Below, one piece after another: positions 23,569 to 36,268 of a DNA stretch of 64,000 bases. Position numbers and translations under genes: made by a program. Source of the DNA: Eukaryota sp. GEM-RC1 (lineage: Eukaryota); the NCBI GenBank assembly GCA_040285855.1, contig JAUFOQ010000013.1, forward strand, positions 496,001 through 560,000, in the 5' to 3' direction. Positions within the stretch are counted from its first letter, which is position 1; each line of letters starts with the position of its first letter. The notes under the pieces are model-generated. The model did not search any database. It was not told the DNA's origin and was given only the letters and a program-made list of their open reading frames with translations.

Positions 23569-25356
23569 TTAAAAATCCATTCTATTTTTGTGTAGTGATT
23601 TTAACGACTGTTGTGTTTGACTGTTGATTGAGTTGTTATATAGATAAATCTGAGAAACTGAAGCATTCACCTTCAGAGCTTCAGCAATTGCAATAGCTCC
23701 TTCATTACCAATTGAGTTTGCAGCTAGATAAATCTCAGAAACTGAAGAATTCACCTTCAAAGCTTCAGCAATTGCAATAGCTCCTTCATTACCAATTGAG
23801 TTGTTTCCTAGATAAATCGTAGAAACTGAAGAATTCACCTTCAAAGCTTCAGCAATTGCAATAGCTCCTTCATTACCAATTGAGTTGTCCCATAGATAAA
23901 TCTCAGAAACTGAAGAATTCACCTTCAAAGATTCAGCAATTGCAATTGCTCCTTCAGGACCAATTGAGTTGTTATATAGATTGATCGTAGAAACTGAAGA
24001 ATTCACCTTCAAAGCTTCAGCAATTGCAATAGCTCCTTCAGGACCAATTGAGTTGTTTTGTAGATTGATCGTAGAAACTGAAGAATTCACCTTCAAAGCT
24101 TCAGCAATTGCAATAGCTCCTTCATTACCAATTGAGTTGTCCCATAGATAAATCTCAGAAACTGAAGAATTCACCTTCAAAGATTCAGCAATTGCAATTG
24201 CTCCTTCAGGACCAATTGAGTTGTTATATAGATTGATCGTAGAAACTGAAGAATTCACCTTCAAAGCTTCAGCAATTGCAATAGCTCCTTCATTACCAAT
24301 TGAGTTGTTATCTAGATAAATCGTAGAAACCTCATTTCTCACCATTTCATCATAACAATTCTTCAACTTCGAACTAAGCTCGTTCCAATCAATAACAAGC
24401 TCCTTCTCTTCAACTTGTTGTACAGGACAAACACTTGTAATAGACTTGATTGGTGAAGGAGTGTCATCTAGAAGCCTAGCAGAAGCAACATTGGACTCCG
24501 AAACAACGGAAAGAGAGGCCAAACGACGAGAAGCTTCGGAGTGGATAGAGCAAAGTTCTTCATTTAAAGAGGAAATGATAGCAGATTGGTTGTTAAGTAG
24601 GGTGGAAGTTGTGGTAATGAAGTTTTCGCCGATCTTTGGTTTAAAGATAACAGGCTTACCTGATTTTAAGTCATTCATGATGGTAACAGAGTCTAACATA
24701 GTTTCTTGCAGCATATCAGTTAGAGTTTCTTTCATTTGAGCAAATCCAGATGCCGCTTGTTGGAGAGCATTTTCTGTACACTTTCCGACGGTTTCTACAG
24801 CAACGGCTAGTTCTTGATTGATGGCATTAATGCCATGTTCTACAGCAGATCTTCCTTCGTCAAACGGAAGCAAATTCTTCTTGTGCTGGTCGTGGTCCCC
24901 AAGGATAGCACAAATTGAGCAAAGCGCAACAGAACAAGAAGTACAGAAGAGGTCAAAGGATTTGGACGGATGGATCGGACATTTAGGCACAATGGAGGCG
25001 TGTTTCTTTTGCAGCGGAATTGCAACGTGGGTACGTAAGAGTTTCGGCCGATGAATGTCCTTAAAACATTGGTCGCATAAATCAGCGTCACATTCTGCGC
25101 AATAACAAGTGGCAACAGCTTCATCACACTCAATACAAATAGACTCACCCTGACCAGCAACGAAGGCTTCAACAGCTTCTTTCAACTTGTAGTTAGGACA
25201 CAGCCTTGACTTGTCCACTTCAGCTCTACAAATTGGACATCCGTCATGAGAAACAAGCCACTCCTGTAAATCCGACATACAAAAGGTGTGGCCACACCAA
25301 GTAGTTACCGGATTCTTGAGAATTTCATGACATATATCACATAGATAGTGAGACAT
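23569..25356 (-). CDS. TRIM-like E3 ubiquitin ligase: RING, B-box, B-box, coiled coil, then 8 RI/NLRC3-like 28-aa LRRs plus cap (595 aa)
   Basis: RING CDIC..CGHTFCMSD..CPIC; B-box CIEC..CYCAEC..LCDQC..H..H; B-box CPIH..LFCTSC..LCSIC..H..H; helical linker; repeats of LKVNSSVSxIxLxxNSIGxEGAIAIAEA. Uninterrupted ORF with ATG. Confidence 0.92.
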   Translation of the reverse strand: MSHYLCDICHEILKNPVTTWCGHTFCMSDLQEWLVSHDGCPICRAEVDKSRLCPNYKLKEAVEAFVAGQGESICIECDEAVATCYCAECDADLCDQCFKDIHRPKLLRTHVAIPLQKKHASIVPKCPIHPSKSFDLFCTSCSVALCSICAILGDHDQHKKNLLPFDEGRSAVEHGINAINQELAVAVETVGKCTENALQQAASGFAQMKETLTDMLQETMLDSVTIMNDLKSGKPVIFKPKIGENFITTTSTLLNNQSAIISSLNEELCSIHSEASRRLASLSVVSESNVASARLLDDTPSPIKSITSVCPVQQVEEKELVIDWNELSSKLKNCYDEMVRNEVSTIYLDNNSIGNEGAIAIAEALKVNSSVSTINLYNNSIGPEGAIAIAESLKVNSSVSEIYLWDNSIGNEGAIAIAEALKVNSSVSTINLQNNSIGPEGAIAIAEALKVNSSVSTINLYNNSIGPEGAIAIAESLKVNSSVSEIYLWDNSIGNEGAIAIAEALKVNSSVSTIYLGNNSIGNEGAIAIAEALKVNSSVSEIYLAANSIGNEGAIAIAEALKVNASVSQIYLYNNSINSQTQQSLKSLHKNRMDF

Positions 25357-25966
25357 TTTAAGGAGAAAATGGAACTTGGACTTCAGATTTCATTGTGGAA
25401 AACTAAATTCATTTTGTCGCACGACAATTTTTTTCTCCTTTCAGGTACTTTCTCAACCTCTTCAAACAGTTAAACTACCATTTATAAGCCGACTTCAATA
25501 CCTGATCTTTGCAAAATTTCCATATACCCGATCTAGCTTAACCGGGATCATGCGTTTTTTCTTTTTGACATCCAGAAAGAGTAAAGAACAGAGAGTTTTG
25601 TTGTTGGAATGTTGCTGTTCTTAGGCAGCAAAAGAAACAAAGGCTATACTTAAGACATGAGCTTACTCTTTTTCATCACAAAGCATCTGTTCTTTTCGTT
25701 ATCCTCTTGTGACTACGATTTTAGGTGTGGCTGTAGTTGTTGAATAAATTACCCTATCTTTTGGTATACCTCTTGTAGTTTCTCTCCTTTAAGAACGACC
25801 TTCTCTAAGAGTGTTAATGCTACTATTGTCGTGCCACTGGTTTGAAAGGGTTCTTCTCTTCACATATTCTACGTATTACGATCTCAGAACATGTTCTCTG
25901 GATTTGTCTCTTTCAACATCTGTTAGATTCTCAATTTCCCCGGTTTCTGTTTCCAGTTACTGAAAT

Positions 25967-26452
25967 CAGTGTTGCACGAAACGTTTTCCTATCCCACGTT
26001 TCCGTTTCCGAAACGTTTAAGAAACGTTAATGACTCCAAGGAAACGCATCCGAAACCTCACTAAATGGTTCCAAAACTTGATGATTACCGGTAATGTCTT
26101 ACGTATGTCTTAAGTATGTTCCATTCATTGTACTTTCTTGGTATTTATATGAATGTTACCAATAAAATTGGATGTACAGTAGCAAACCGCTAAAACGAAA
26201 ACACTTGCCGGCATAACTGTAGTTTTTGATCCAATTCTCTCTCTAAATTTCATAACATCGGGTACAATCCATAACAACATGTATGACATCTGCTCATACA
26301 AAAGAACTGGTAAAAATCTATTATCCCAGTCAAATGGAATTTTTTCGAAGATAAATTGTTGGTGGAGAAAAATAGGGACGCAGAACCATAAATGACGTTT
26401 CGGAAACGGAAACGCGTTTCCATATGAATTTCACACGTTTCATGCAACACTA
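25967..26452. mobile_element. hAT-like MITE upstream of the TRIM-LRR gene
   Basis: TIR cagtgttgcacgaaacg versus the reverse complement of cgtttcatgcaacacta, plus inverted subterminal cgtttccgtttccgaaacgt. No clean TSD seen. Confidence 0.7.
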
Positions 26453-28439
26453 CCAAATTTGTAATCCTGTTTGGCAGACTATCTTCTTCTTCAGTAACTC
26501 TCCGTTGCTTCCTATATAGTCTGATGCTTGTAACTATATCATCCTTTCTCCAAACACTTATAATTTACTTCCTCAATGTGACTACGATCATGTATTATCT
26601 GAAGCAAAGTTTGAGGTACCTTAAAATCTCTACTACATCCTATCTAAAACCTGTGTTTCTCCTATCGCTTCGTCACCAAGCATGGGTCGGTTAAAATCGT
26701 TTTTTTTTTCGATTCTTCTCCATTACCTTGGGTTATATCGCACAAAGTAAATAGAATGTGTTATTTGTTTTTCAGCCAAGTTTTGGAGTATAACTACATC
26801 TACTGGTGAAGCAGTGTCACAACTACAGCCCTTTTCTCAATGTTTCACAATCAAGAAACTAATGTTTCTCTGATAAGTTAGTCATTGATTTAAGTGAAAT
26901 CATCAATGTTCAACAGGCCTTTGACTTTTGTGGCTTTATATTGTCTGATGAAGATTTCCTGAATGGTATTAGTCCAATTCAGGTAAACGGTTTGGTAAAC
27001 TTCATTTTAAGTAATGATTCTATAGAGTTTGAGGATCTTTTGAATATTATTGGAGTACTATCGGTTCCAAAATCTAAATCATTCTAATTGCTATCCATCA
27101 ACATTCATTTGGTTATGTTGGGGGTTTAAATTCATTTTGAAACTGAGTTGGAAAGTATTACCCAAGCTTCTCGGAGCGAATATTTTTTAATAGTACATGT
27201 AGATTCTTTTAAATTATTATAGGTATATTTATTGTTATGGTCACGACTCATGGTTCAAATGAGTAGAAAGGATAATCAACAGTTTCTTCAGTTCAATTTC
27301 TTCTATTTTTATAGACATTGAGGGCATATATGTGTACTGCGTGGGATGTCGACGTAAGATGGAAAACGAAAATCCATTAATTTGTTAATGATTGGACATA
27401 TTGATTAGTCCGGCATTTACTTTGAAAATATGATCTCGAACAAACTGGTGGATGTAAATGGGAGATTTTTGTTTCAAGAGAGTTATAGATTTCTAAAAAG
27501 CTCAATTATCATCTGAATTTCAGGTTTTTATGAACATGTAGAAAATTTCACGATGTGATACAAAAACACAAAATCTTGTTGAAATGACGCACAGATATCA
27601 CAAGTTTCAGCATGTAATTGTATTAACTTGGGTCGTCGGAGTAGGTGGGTTTTAATATTTACAATATTATTAAAAATAATAAATTTAATATCTATGATAT
27701 TATGTGACATATGATGAGTGAAGTCTGCAATCCATTAAAGCTGAATACGATGTATAATGAAAGCAGCAGGCATTATATCATAGTAGCAGCTCTGGACAAC
27801 ATACTCCCTGTATGTATAGCGAGGATTTACTCGATGATGAAGCAAAAGTATGCGTCACTCCATTTGACTCCCACAGCCAGTTATCAGACATAACTGGCTG
27901 TATGATAGCCAGCAACATACAATCCCTCAAAGTAACAGAGGTCGTCCACAACGTACTCAACAAAAGGTAAGGTGGTTTTAAAATGTCCCAAGTATAGCCT
28001 CCACCTAAGAAATGTCTGTTTTCATGTTGCAACAATTCATATCATCTTCTTATCATCTTCTTTATACTTAAGTAGACGTATACGTTCACTGCGGTCCTTG
28101 ATAAAAACTGTTACATTTTCACTACCTCATGCATCGCCTACGTTTTTGGAGCTGCTTTCTCCTTCCCTTTTGAAAGAAAATGTAAGCATCTTCGTTTCAC
28201 CAGTATTGTTGTAGTTATAGCGTTGTGTAATTTCATATTAGGTTTTTATCTTCCCCCTTACATCTATAGAGGTTCTTCTCCGTATAAAGGTTCTCCTCTT
28301 TATAGTATGTCCCATTATAGTGCACAAAGACCAATAGTATAATATATTTCTTGTCATCCGTGAAGTTTGCTCCTTAATTTTTTCATTTGATTCCCTCTTG
28401 ATCTCTTCAGAACAATGTATATTTCGCTACGTAGACCTT

Positions 28440-28580
28440 TCAATGACACTTGTCAATCTCTCTTAGTTACTTCAACTGTTGTCGAGTTGATTATTCAAAT
28501 AGCTCCTCTTATTGACTCAGCAATTGCTCTTGCAGAAGTATTTTATTGCAATACTTCAATGAAAACAGTTACTCTGTCTG
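28440..28580 (+). pseudogene. Degenerate LRR relic
   Basis: SLLVTSTVVELII..DSAIALAEVFYCNTSMKTVTL resembles the same repeat class. Confidence 0.35.
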
Positions 28581-29031
28581 TGACTCCCGGTTTTATCGTT
28601 ATGCTATTATTCTCTTTTCACCACTTTCAACTAATTCAATGTTAAACTCAATTGATTTATCTAATTTTAAATAGTTCAAGTATTGAAAGTTTTTTGTTTC
28701 CAGGTTGTTGTGGTTTTTTTCTACAATATTTGATAGTCTGAAGGAGCAGTCATATCTTAATGGAATTTTTTTTTTGAAAATTTTAGCTTCAATAGTGCAC
28801 ATCTCACGGAGTTTTAAAATTCAATGATTTTTTGAAAATGATAACTTCAACGAAATGCTCCTCCGATTTTTAATTCTCTGGAATCTTATGCTTCCTTGTC
28901 AAAATTACTTCTTAAGCCGAACAAGTATCTCAACAACCAAGAACTCGAGTCCTTAGGTCAAACGTTGCAAATACTTGTTCATCTGTTCTAAACTTTCACG
29001 ACATATTTATTAGTTCATTTCAGACTCAGCA

Positions 29032-29514
29032 TTACCCAATCCCAATAGTAACTTGCAGATGTTGCAAAGCTTGTTCAATATCTATTTTAGCTCCTAATCC
29101 TTCAAAATATTTAGAAGCCTCTTGAAAATGTAACCCCATGATCATTCTAGAAAGCACATCCCAAAGAATGTATAGCTTCCGCATTCCCCACGTGTGTAGC
29201 CACTGGTAGATAATTGAAACCTTTTTCAATAGCCGTTGTAACTCCTAGTTCTTTAGAACAACAATGATAAAGAATATAAAATACTTCATAATAACCGAAT
29301 TCTGTGGTTTTTGGAATCACAACAGAGTGTCATTTAGACTTTCACCGACTCTGCAAGAAACAATCTCCCAAATTAATACATTTCCCATATCAGCAGCTCT
29401 TGCAAAATTCTCTTCGACTCCTAAACTTGAACAATAGCAATTTGCTAATTTAAAAATAGAATCAAACGTGATTGTGATTAGCACCTTCATTAAACAAGGT
29501 AAAAGCTTTTTCAT
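29032..29514 (-). pseudogene. Sel1-like repeat protein remnant
   Basis: SIFKLANCYCSSLGVEENF.RAADMGN and KYFEGLGAKIDIEQALQHL occur in broken frames. Confidence 0.55.
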
Positions 29515-30289
29515 AATTCGCAGTCACCAATTTTCTATGGAATAACGGCAGTCCTCCTAGATACAGTTGAATATCAATTTTGAGCTCTTTTTGACGTGAT
29601 GAGCAGAAGTCAAAAGAAGTCTTTGCAGCAATGTAACTCATATAAGCCCCAAGATTAGTATATTTACGGATTTCTTATCAAAATTTAAAAACTGCATTAG
29701 ATTCGAATCAAGTTTCTCCATGATCAATGAAAATTAAAATTTGAAAAGGTCCATAACAGATTCTTTGGAAAAGCGTTGCCAAGAAGAAAGTCTAGCTAAG
29801 CCAATTTCAATCGGTCATACTTGGAAGTACATATCCAATTGAAAAACTCTAAAATGTTTGAAATATCAAATTCAACACAGTTTTGTTAGTGAAAAAGACC
29901 AAAAAATCGATCCAAAAACATTTTCAAATATACCCAAAAATTGATTAGAACATTCAAGACAAATTGGATGTCAAATCGACAAATTGACAAATAAATGCAG
30001 ATGTAAACAAGTACCAAAAATGAATCAACTAATCAAACTTCAATTTTATATACGTGTTTTTAAAAGACACCCACCCGTATTTAGGGCAAGATTCTAAAAT
30101 TTAAAATTAACTGTTTTGGATACATTTCAATTTGTTTCACAAGCCTTCTGTCATTCTCTCAGTGACAAACTCACTTGCTGGAACTGAAGAAGAGAAGGAA
30201 TGATGCAAAGCATACTGACATTTTCAGGAGTAAAGAGTTGACAGGACTGAAAAGAAGATATCATTTAGAAGATGGGCAGAAATGTACTA

Positions 30290-30408
30290 AGTTGATGTCA
30301 GATAGGTATTTTTGTACCCAAACCCTAAATTGCAACCGTTTTATTTCTTTTAGATGCAAGGTTCATGATTCAGTAAGGGATCAATTATATTGTGTGTGTG
30401 ATCTTTAG
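30290..30408 (+). mobile_element. Possible RLE-retrotransposon zinc-knuckle fragment
   Basis: TLNC..ISFRCKVHDSVRDQLY resembles the C..R..HD.VRD.L motif that precedes RLE domains. Confidence 0.35.
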
Positions 30409-30438
30409 TAAACTAACAGATGAACAAATTTTAATTTT

Positions 30439-33400
30439 CTAAGTTTTCAATGATTGCAAAGGATTCATCTTGATATCCGTGATCCCACTGATTTCTGGCT
30501 TTTTAATTTTTGAATTGCGTTTAAAAAACTGTTTAAACTGTTCTTTGTTCCTCATAAAGATATCCTCCGTCAATTCCAACAGAAAAGCAAACACACCAGA
30601 CATACCAGCTACAGTACCAAGGACTGTCCCTGCTAAGGTCATAAAGGTACGTGATGCAGACCTATCAGTCATTAATGCTAAAGAGAATGAATGGAACTGA
30701 AACTCCACTTTAAAACCAGTAGCGTGGTGGAATTGAGTGTTAGAGACAACAGAACCTGCAGAAGCAGATTCAAATCGAAGGTGATATCCTGTATTAGAAT
30801 TGGAGGGTTCAACATTGTCAGTGAAGACAGAAGGAATTAACTCGTATGAAAACACACTAGGATTATTCCCTTTCAAAACCATATTCTGAGGAGCACTCAC
30901 TGAAGAAGAGATGTTAGAGAAGGCGTTAGGAAGTGAAGCAAATGTTGAAATGTTAACAGCGACTGCATTGGCGTACGATGCTTCGTTGTTTGATTGGATA
31001 GAAAGTGAACTGATTGAGTTAGTTAACTGACAATCAAAATCAACTGAAATGAGACACGAATCAACAGAAGTTCCATCACCTATTGATGACGTGATGGTTG
31101 CCGGACAATCCACACCATTAGTTTGCAAAACAAACGACTCATTGGAACAACCAGTTGAATATCCTTGAAATTCTATAACAAAGAAACCATGAAAAGTAAA
31201 GTTTTTGGGTGTTAAAAACACTGGTTCTAAAGTTCGAGTATATGAAATATTGTCATATTGATATTCAAAAAACAAACTGCTTGCCATGAATAGAAGTCCT
31301 GCTATAAATAACCATGAATAAAATCCTCCTAGTTTAGTTTCTCGTTGGATAATTGGTTGGTTGTTTTCGGTATAATGACTTTGATTAAAAAAAATCAAAA
31401 TATCTAAAGAATGGTCCTTCACTTATGACAACGGAAGCAATAATTAACAGCGTCACAGCCAGAATCAGCAAATACAGAGCAATTGTTGAATATTCTTCTA
31501 GTTTTGCTAGTTGAGACGGTGGAAGTTCGGGTTGTTCTGAAATAAAATCTACCGTTGCATCCTCGCTTGAAAGTGGAACAACACTTCCAACAGGGCAATA
31601 CTTATCCTCTGGGCATGGTTCACAGTGAGAAGAACCATAGTTAGGATTATAAGTAGAGAAAGGACATGGGATGCATGACTCAAATCCATTTCCACCAATG
31701 AAATCACTGAAAAACCAGGATCACAAGGTGCAACTAGTGCCATTGCTTGAATAAACACCATAAAGCCCATTCTCACAGGCAACGCAACCTCCAAGCTCAT
31801 CAGCAGCACTACCAATAAAGCAATCAAATTCGCAATCAATAATCAGAAAATCAGAACAGGTCAGATTCATGATTGCAATTGCTGATAAAGGAGATGCTGG
31901 TGATCGCTCCCTGAGGATATGAGAATTACCACCATACCTCACAACTGAGTTTTGAAATGCAACTACGGTATAATCAGTATCAGTAAAGAAATCATTATCA
32001 TTAATGATTCCAAACGTGATACGGGAATCTTCAGTTTCCAATTTGGGAATACTGAAGAAATTTGTGATCCTAGGGATAAAGTCTCTATCATGACCACCAA
32101 AAATTAAAATGTTATTACCAAACTGAATTAAGTTGAAGGTGTGTACCTGGTTTCGGAATCTAAAAGGTTGGTAAAACCATCTTTTTGATTAGAACCATCA
32201 CGTGTTAAGCTATCAGGAGATATTTTCCATAGGTAGGTTTGATTGGCGTTGCGTGAATCATCCCGACCCCCAATCAGCATGACGTATGGATCATCAGTTT
32301 GGGCAACTAGAAGAGAACACCGATCCATTGGAGGAGGCCAGACTTCCTCTGACGTTTGAGAGATTTGAGTCCACCTGCCGGTCTGAAGATTGAGTGAGTA
32401 GAGCTCAGAAGAACGTGACGAAGCAGTGGCACCTCCGTAAACTATTAAAGAATGTTCATACACTGAACAACAAGCATAAGAACGAGGACTTGGAGGTGAT
32501 CCTTCAGTGACAAACCAAGTAAACTCTCGTGACACGTGGTCAAAAAGATGACGTCATTGGTGAGATCAGAAGTTGAAACAGTTTCCCCTCCAAATTGAAC
32601 AATTCTAGTACCATATACAACGCTACAATGACCAACACGGAGTGGTGGTGCATAAGAGCTTTGAACTTCTAGATAATTCCAAGAATACGTCATCAAGTCA
32701 AAATAATAGACATTCATATCACGTATATCACGAGAAAACGGACGACTTCCTCCAAGTACAAACATCTTTGTTCCAACTACAACTGATGAGTGACCAAATG
32801 TCCTTGGCGGAGTCGTTATTGAAGGAGATACAAGGTTAAAGTCAGCATAGGTAGGTGTCATATCTAACAATTCAGGATCGAACTCCAAAATAGAATTCTC
32901 TACTTGATCAAAGTAATCACCACCAAACAGATACAGTTTATCATTGATAACAAACGGAGTAGAACTAGAGTCCAGTCTAAACATTGAACCATCTCTTCTC
33001 ATTCTAAGCTGATCCCATGTCCAAGTTGAGATGTTGTTGTCATTAGTTGAAAGAACTTGTAGGATAGCAAAGTTAGCAACAAAGGGGTAAGTTGTAGCTA
33101 TACCCCAACCTCCAAAGATGAGAAGCTTTTGATTAATGAAAAGTAAGAATCTGAAATTCTTGTTGGTGCACCCGTAATTATGTCAGTTATATTTTCATAA
33201 AGAGAATATACTGAAAGTAAACTGTCATTTAACAAGTCAATCTCTACTGTTGCAATCCAGGTATGAAAATCATAACTAACTACCAAAGCTCTCAGAGTAA
33301 ACACGTGTGGTGACGTTTCAACCATGGACTGTACCACCATGTTTGCACCTTTGCGTCCCACTTCTAGTTCAATGTCTGATAGAGTCTTGACTTCATAAAA

Positions 33401-33820
33401 AGTAAGAGTTTCAAAGTCAAACAGCCATAAAGCTGAGGTAGGTGTAGGTATATAAGGGGAAGTAAGAGCAGGAAGTGTAAGCACGAGAGCAAACTCGTGA
33501 TCATTCAAAGAGAACTGGAAACTAGAAAGTACAGCACGCAGAGGAAGTTGTTGGCCTTGTGGAGGGGTAGATCGCCAACAAAGAGACTCGAAACTCCAGA
33601 TATAGATATCAGTAGAAGGAGCGTTGTTCAGTTCTCCACCGAATTGAATTATTTGAGACTTATAGTGCCACAGACAACCTCCAGAAGGTGGTAATGTACC
33701 AGCAGAGGGATATTGAAGCAAGAACTTAGAGCTCTCGGTTCAAGGAATTAAAGACCAGTCTGGTGAAGAAACCATAATTCAAAGAGATCGTCATCATGTT
33801 GGTCAATGCCACCCCAGAAG
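30439..33820 (-). pseudogene. Kelch-repeat, Cys-rich membrane protein, broken by several frameshifts and stops and by a hAT insertion
   Basis: Kelch GG motifs (IIQFGG, LYLFGG, MFVLGG, IVQFGG, LIVYGG, VMLIGG), CxxC-rich segment (GCVACENGLYG..C..CDPGF) and TM segments in ORF 30439-31422. The coding frame continues beyond the hAT at 34830-34867. Confidence 0.8.
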
Positions 33821-34829
33821 CAGGGATGAGGTAAAAATTATTCCAGTGAGAAATAATTCCCGTATTATATACGGGATTACGGTACGGCTTCTCTTTTTGT
33901 TACGGGAGTACGGACAGAAAATATTTTCCGTAATTTTCTCAGTCTTCTAAATCAAGGGAAAAATCCGGACGCTCCAGCTGACCAGGATCTGAAGACTACA
34001 TCAACAACAATGCATTGCTAGAAAATTACATCTGCATCTTGAATATATTCTTGCTGGAAACAAAGGTTGTTCAACGTCTGTTCAGTATTGCAAAACACCT
34101 CTTGGGTTCGTTTAGAAACAGGTTAACTCCTGAACCACTGGCAATGGAACTGTTTCTCAGATCGAATAAAAAGTTGTGGGATGAAGAAGTTCTTCGTAAA
34201 GCTTTGACTCTGAAACCAATAATAGAAGTACATATAACTGATTAATAGTAATAAACAGTTTATTGATGGAGGCTACAAAAATACATATAATTATAACAGC
34301 TATGAAACTCTAGCCACCCAAAATTCCTGGTCAACAGTACCACAGTTTTAATACCACTTTGTGACAATTGAATTAAAAACTTGGGCATCGAACGGAACAA
34401 AGAAACAACCAAACGGTTATGCCAAATTGATAAGTTAAATTTCTTATTCTGAGACTTACACATAGATCCGAAATCAGTTAAAAACTTAGAAACCATTTCA
34501 CTAATGCTACCAAAAATCGAAATAGCAAGCGGAACAAATACAAATTTTGAATAGAAATTTTGATTGAGTTTAGCATTATTATTTATTTTTGGAATACAAA
34601 TGATTTTTACTTTTTGGCTGTTTCTAGGTGGTTCAAACCTTTGAATTTAATCCATTAACTTAATTGATTAATAGTGATCCTTTGTATCAATTTAATATAG
34701 TTTTGTCATCCTTTGTTTAGTAAATGTACGGAAAGAATATATTCACCGTATATTCCACAGTACGGAATAATTTACGGCAAGACAAAAACAGAGTCCGTAT
34801 TACGGCCATAAATTCTACCCCATCCCCTG
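33821..34829 (+). mobile_element. Non-autonomous hAT element with a nested antisense RLE-retrotransposon fragment
   Basis: TIRs cagggatgaggta / taccccatcccctg. Imperfect 8-bp TSD cccagaag/actagaag. tacgg subterminal repeats. ORF 34015-34245 reads VQRLFSIAK..RNRLTPE..LFLRSNKKLW. Confidence 0.8.
34260..34710 (-). mobile_element. RLE-type retrotransposon 3' fragment, related but diverged family
   Basis: FVFVPLAISIFGSISEMVSKFLTDFG..W..RLVVSLFRSM parallels the ORF at 16137-16532. Confidence 0.7.
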
Positions 34830-34867
34830 ACTAGAAGGCAACAAGGTTCAAGACATGTAAATCGATA

Positions 34868-35036
34868 TGTTTCTGTACCTTATCAATAACGTGTTTTGTT
34901 TTTCAGATAGTCTACACAATAAATATCCAATACTGGGTCACTTAGTTAATTTTACATAATTTACTCAATTTAAGATGTACAAAAAGCAGTTTTGTGTTTT
35001 GACACAAAGACAAAAACTTTGTATTGACAACAACAC
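34868..35036. repeat. Dispersed repeat beginning TGTTTCTGTACC, copy A
   Basis: Aligns with 63837-64000 over the whole available length, with scattered mismatches. Confidence 0.85.
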
Positions 35037-35805
35037 TACAGTGTACATACATCTAATAATCAATATCCTCAAATCCCAGATTACCTATCTGGAAGTTCTG
35101 GTCTACTTTGGAAAACCCAAATCGTAATTAACATGTCTATAAACTCTCTCTTCAGAAATTAATTGTGTATTTCCTAAAACAATTCTGAACATTAGATTTA
35201 AAAAGGCACAATCGTAATTTCAATCACATATACTTGGCTATGTAGAAACCGCAAAAACTAATTTAGCACCACTAGGTCTTCGTAAATTTAACATCGTCAT
35301 ATGTGTTTCTTCTATTGACTGCAATATTCAATTCAACAATTTTGGTAACTCTTTGTGTATCACTATCAGTTTTACTGACTGAATGCAAAAGCACGTTTAT
35401 GAAACATCACTGAGAATAAGTAAAGCATCATATTTTGCATATGATAGACAATGCAGTCGTGATAATAATGAAATTGTACATTGGTAATTCGATGGTAAAT
35501 GTATAGTAGAAATTAACAATACTTCGAATACTAATAAATTTCTGTTGTTGTTGTGAACAATAGCAAAAGTACCAGTAAATAACGTGTGTTATTCACCAGG
35601 GTAGTATTTAAAATGTGTACTTGAACATCTGCTAAACTACTATGATATTTTACTCTGTCACGGAGTTTTGTTTGGGATAATGATTGTTCTGAGCTAAAGG
35701 ATTTTTCGAGTGTGTATTATATTCACCGATTAATTATGGTACTTTTGATGAGAAATTAATTATGATTAATGACAAATGTGATTTTTATATACAATGAAAA
35801 CTTGT

Positions 35806-35907
35806 TTAAAAATACATTCTATTTTTGTGTAGTGATTTTAACGACTGTTGTGTTTGACTGTTGATTGAGTTGTTATCTAGATAAATCGTAGAAACCTCAT
35901 TTCTCAC
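35806..35907 (-). pseudogene. Empty cassette: N-cap joined directly to C-cap
   Basis: VRNEVSTIYLDNNSINSQTQQSLKSLHKNRMYF* with no full repeat and no ATG. Confidence 0.85.
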
Positions 35908-36268
35908 CCTTTCATCTCAACAATTTTAATAATGAAACTGTACATTGGTAATTCGATGGTAAATGTATAGTAGAAATTAACAATACTTCAGATACTAATA
36001 AATTTCTGTTGTTGTTGTGAACAATAGCAAAGTACCAGTAAATAACGTGTGTTATTCACCAGGGTAGTATTTAAAATGTGTACTTGAACATCTGCTAAAC
36101 TACTATGATATTTCACTCTGTCACGGAGTTTTGTTTGGGATAATGATTGTTCTGAGCTAAAGGATTTTTCAAGTGTGTATTATATTCACCGATTAATTAT
36201 GGTACTTTTGATGAGAAATTAATTATGATTAATGACAAATGTGATTTTTATATACAATGAAAACTTGT

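Noticed and set aside
26460..28400. Short ORFs of 60-85 aa
   Set aside because: No recognisable motifs; consistent with chance ORFs or unidentifiable debris.
1260..33140. Programmed frameshifting or an alternative genetic code to explain the broken genes
   Set aside because: The breaks share no common motif, they include both indels and stops, and long ORFs read normally in the standard code. Decay or assembly error is simpler.
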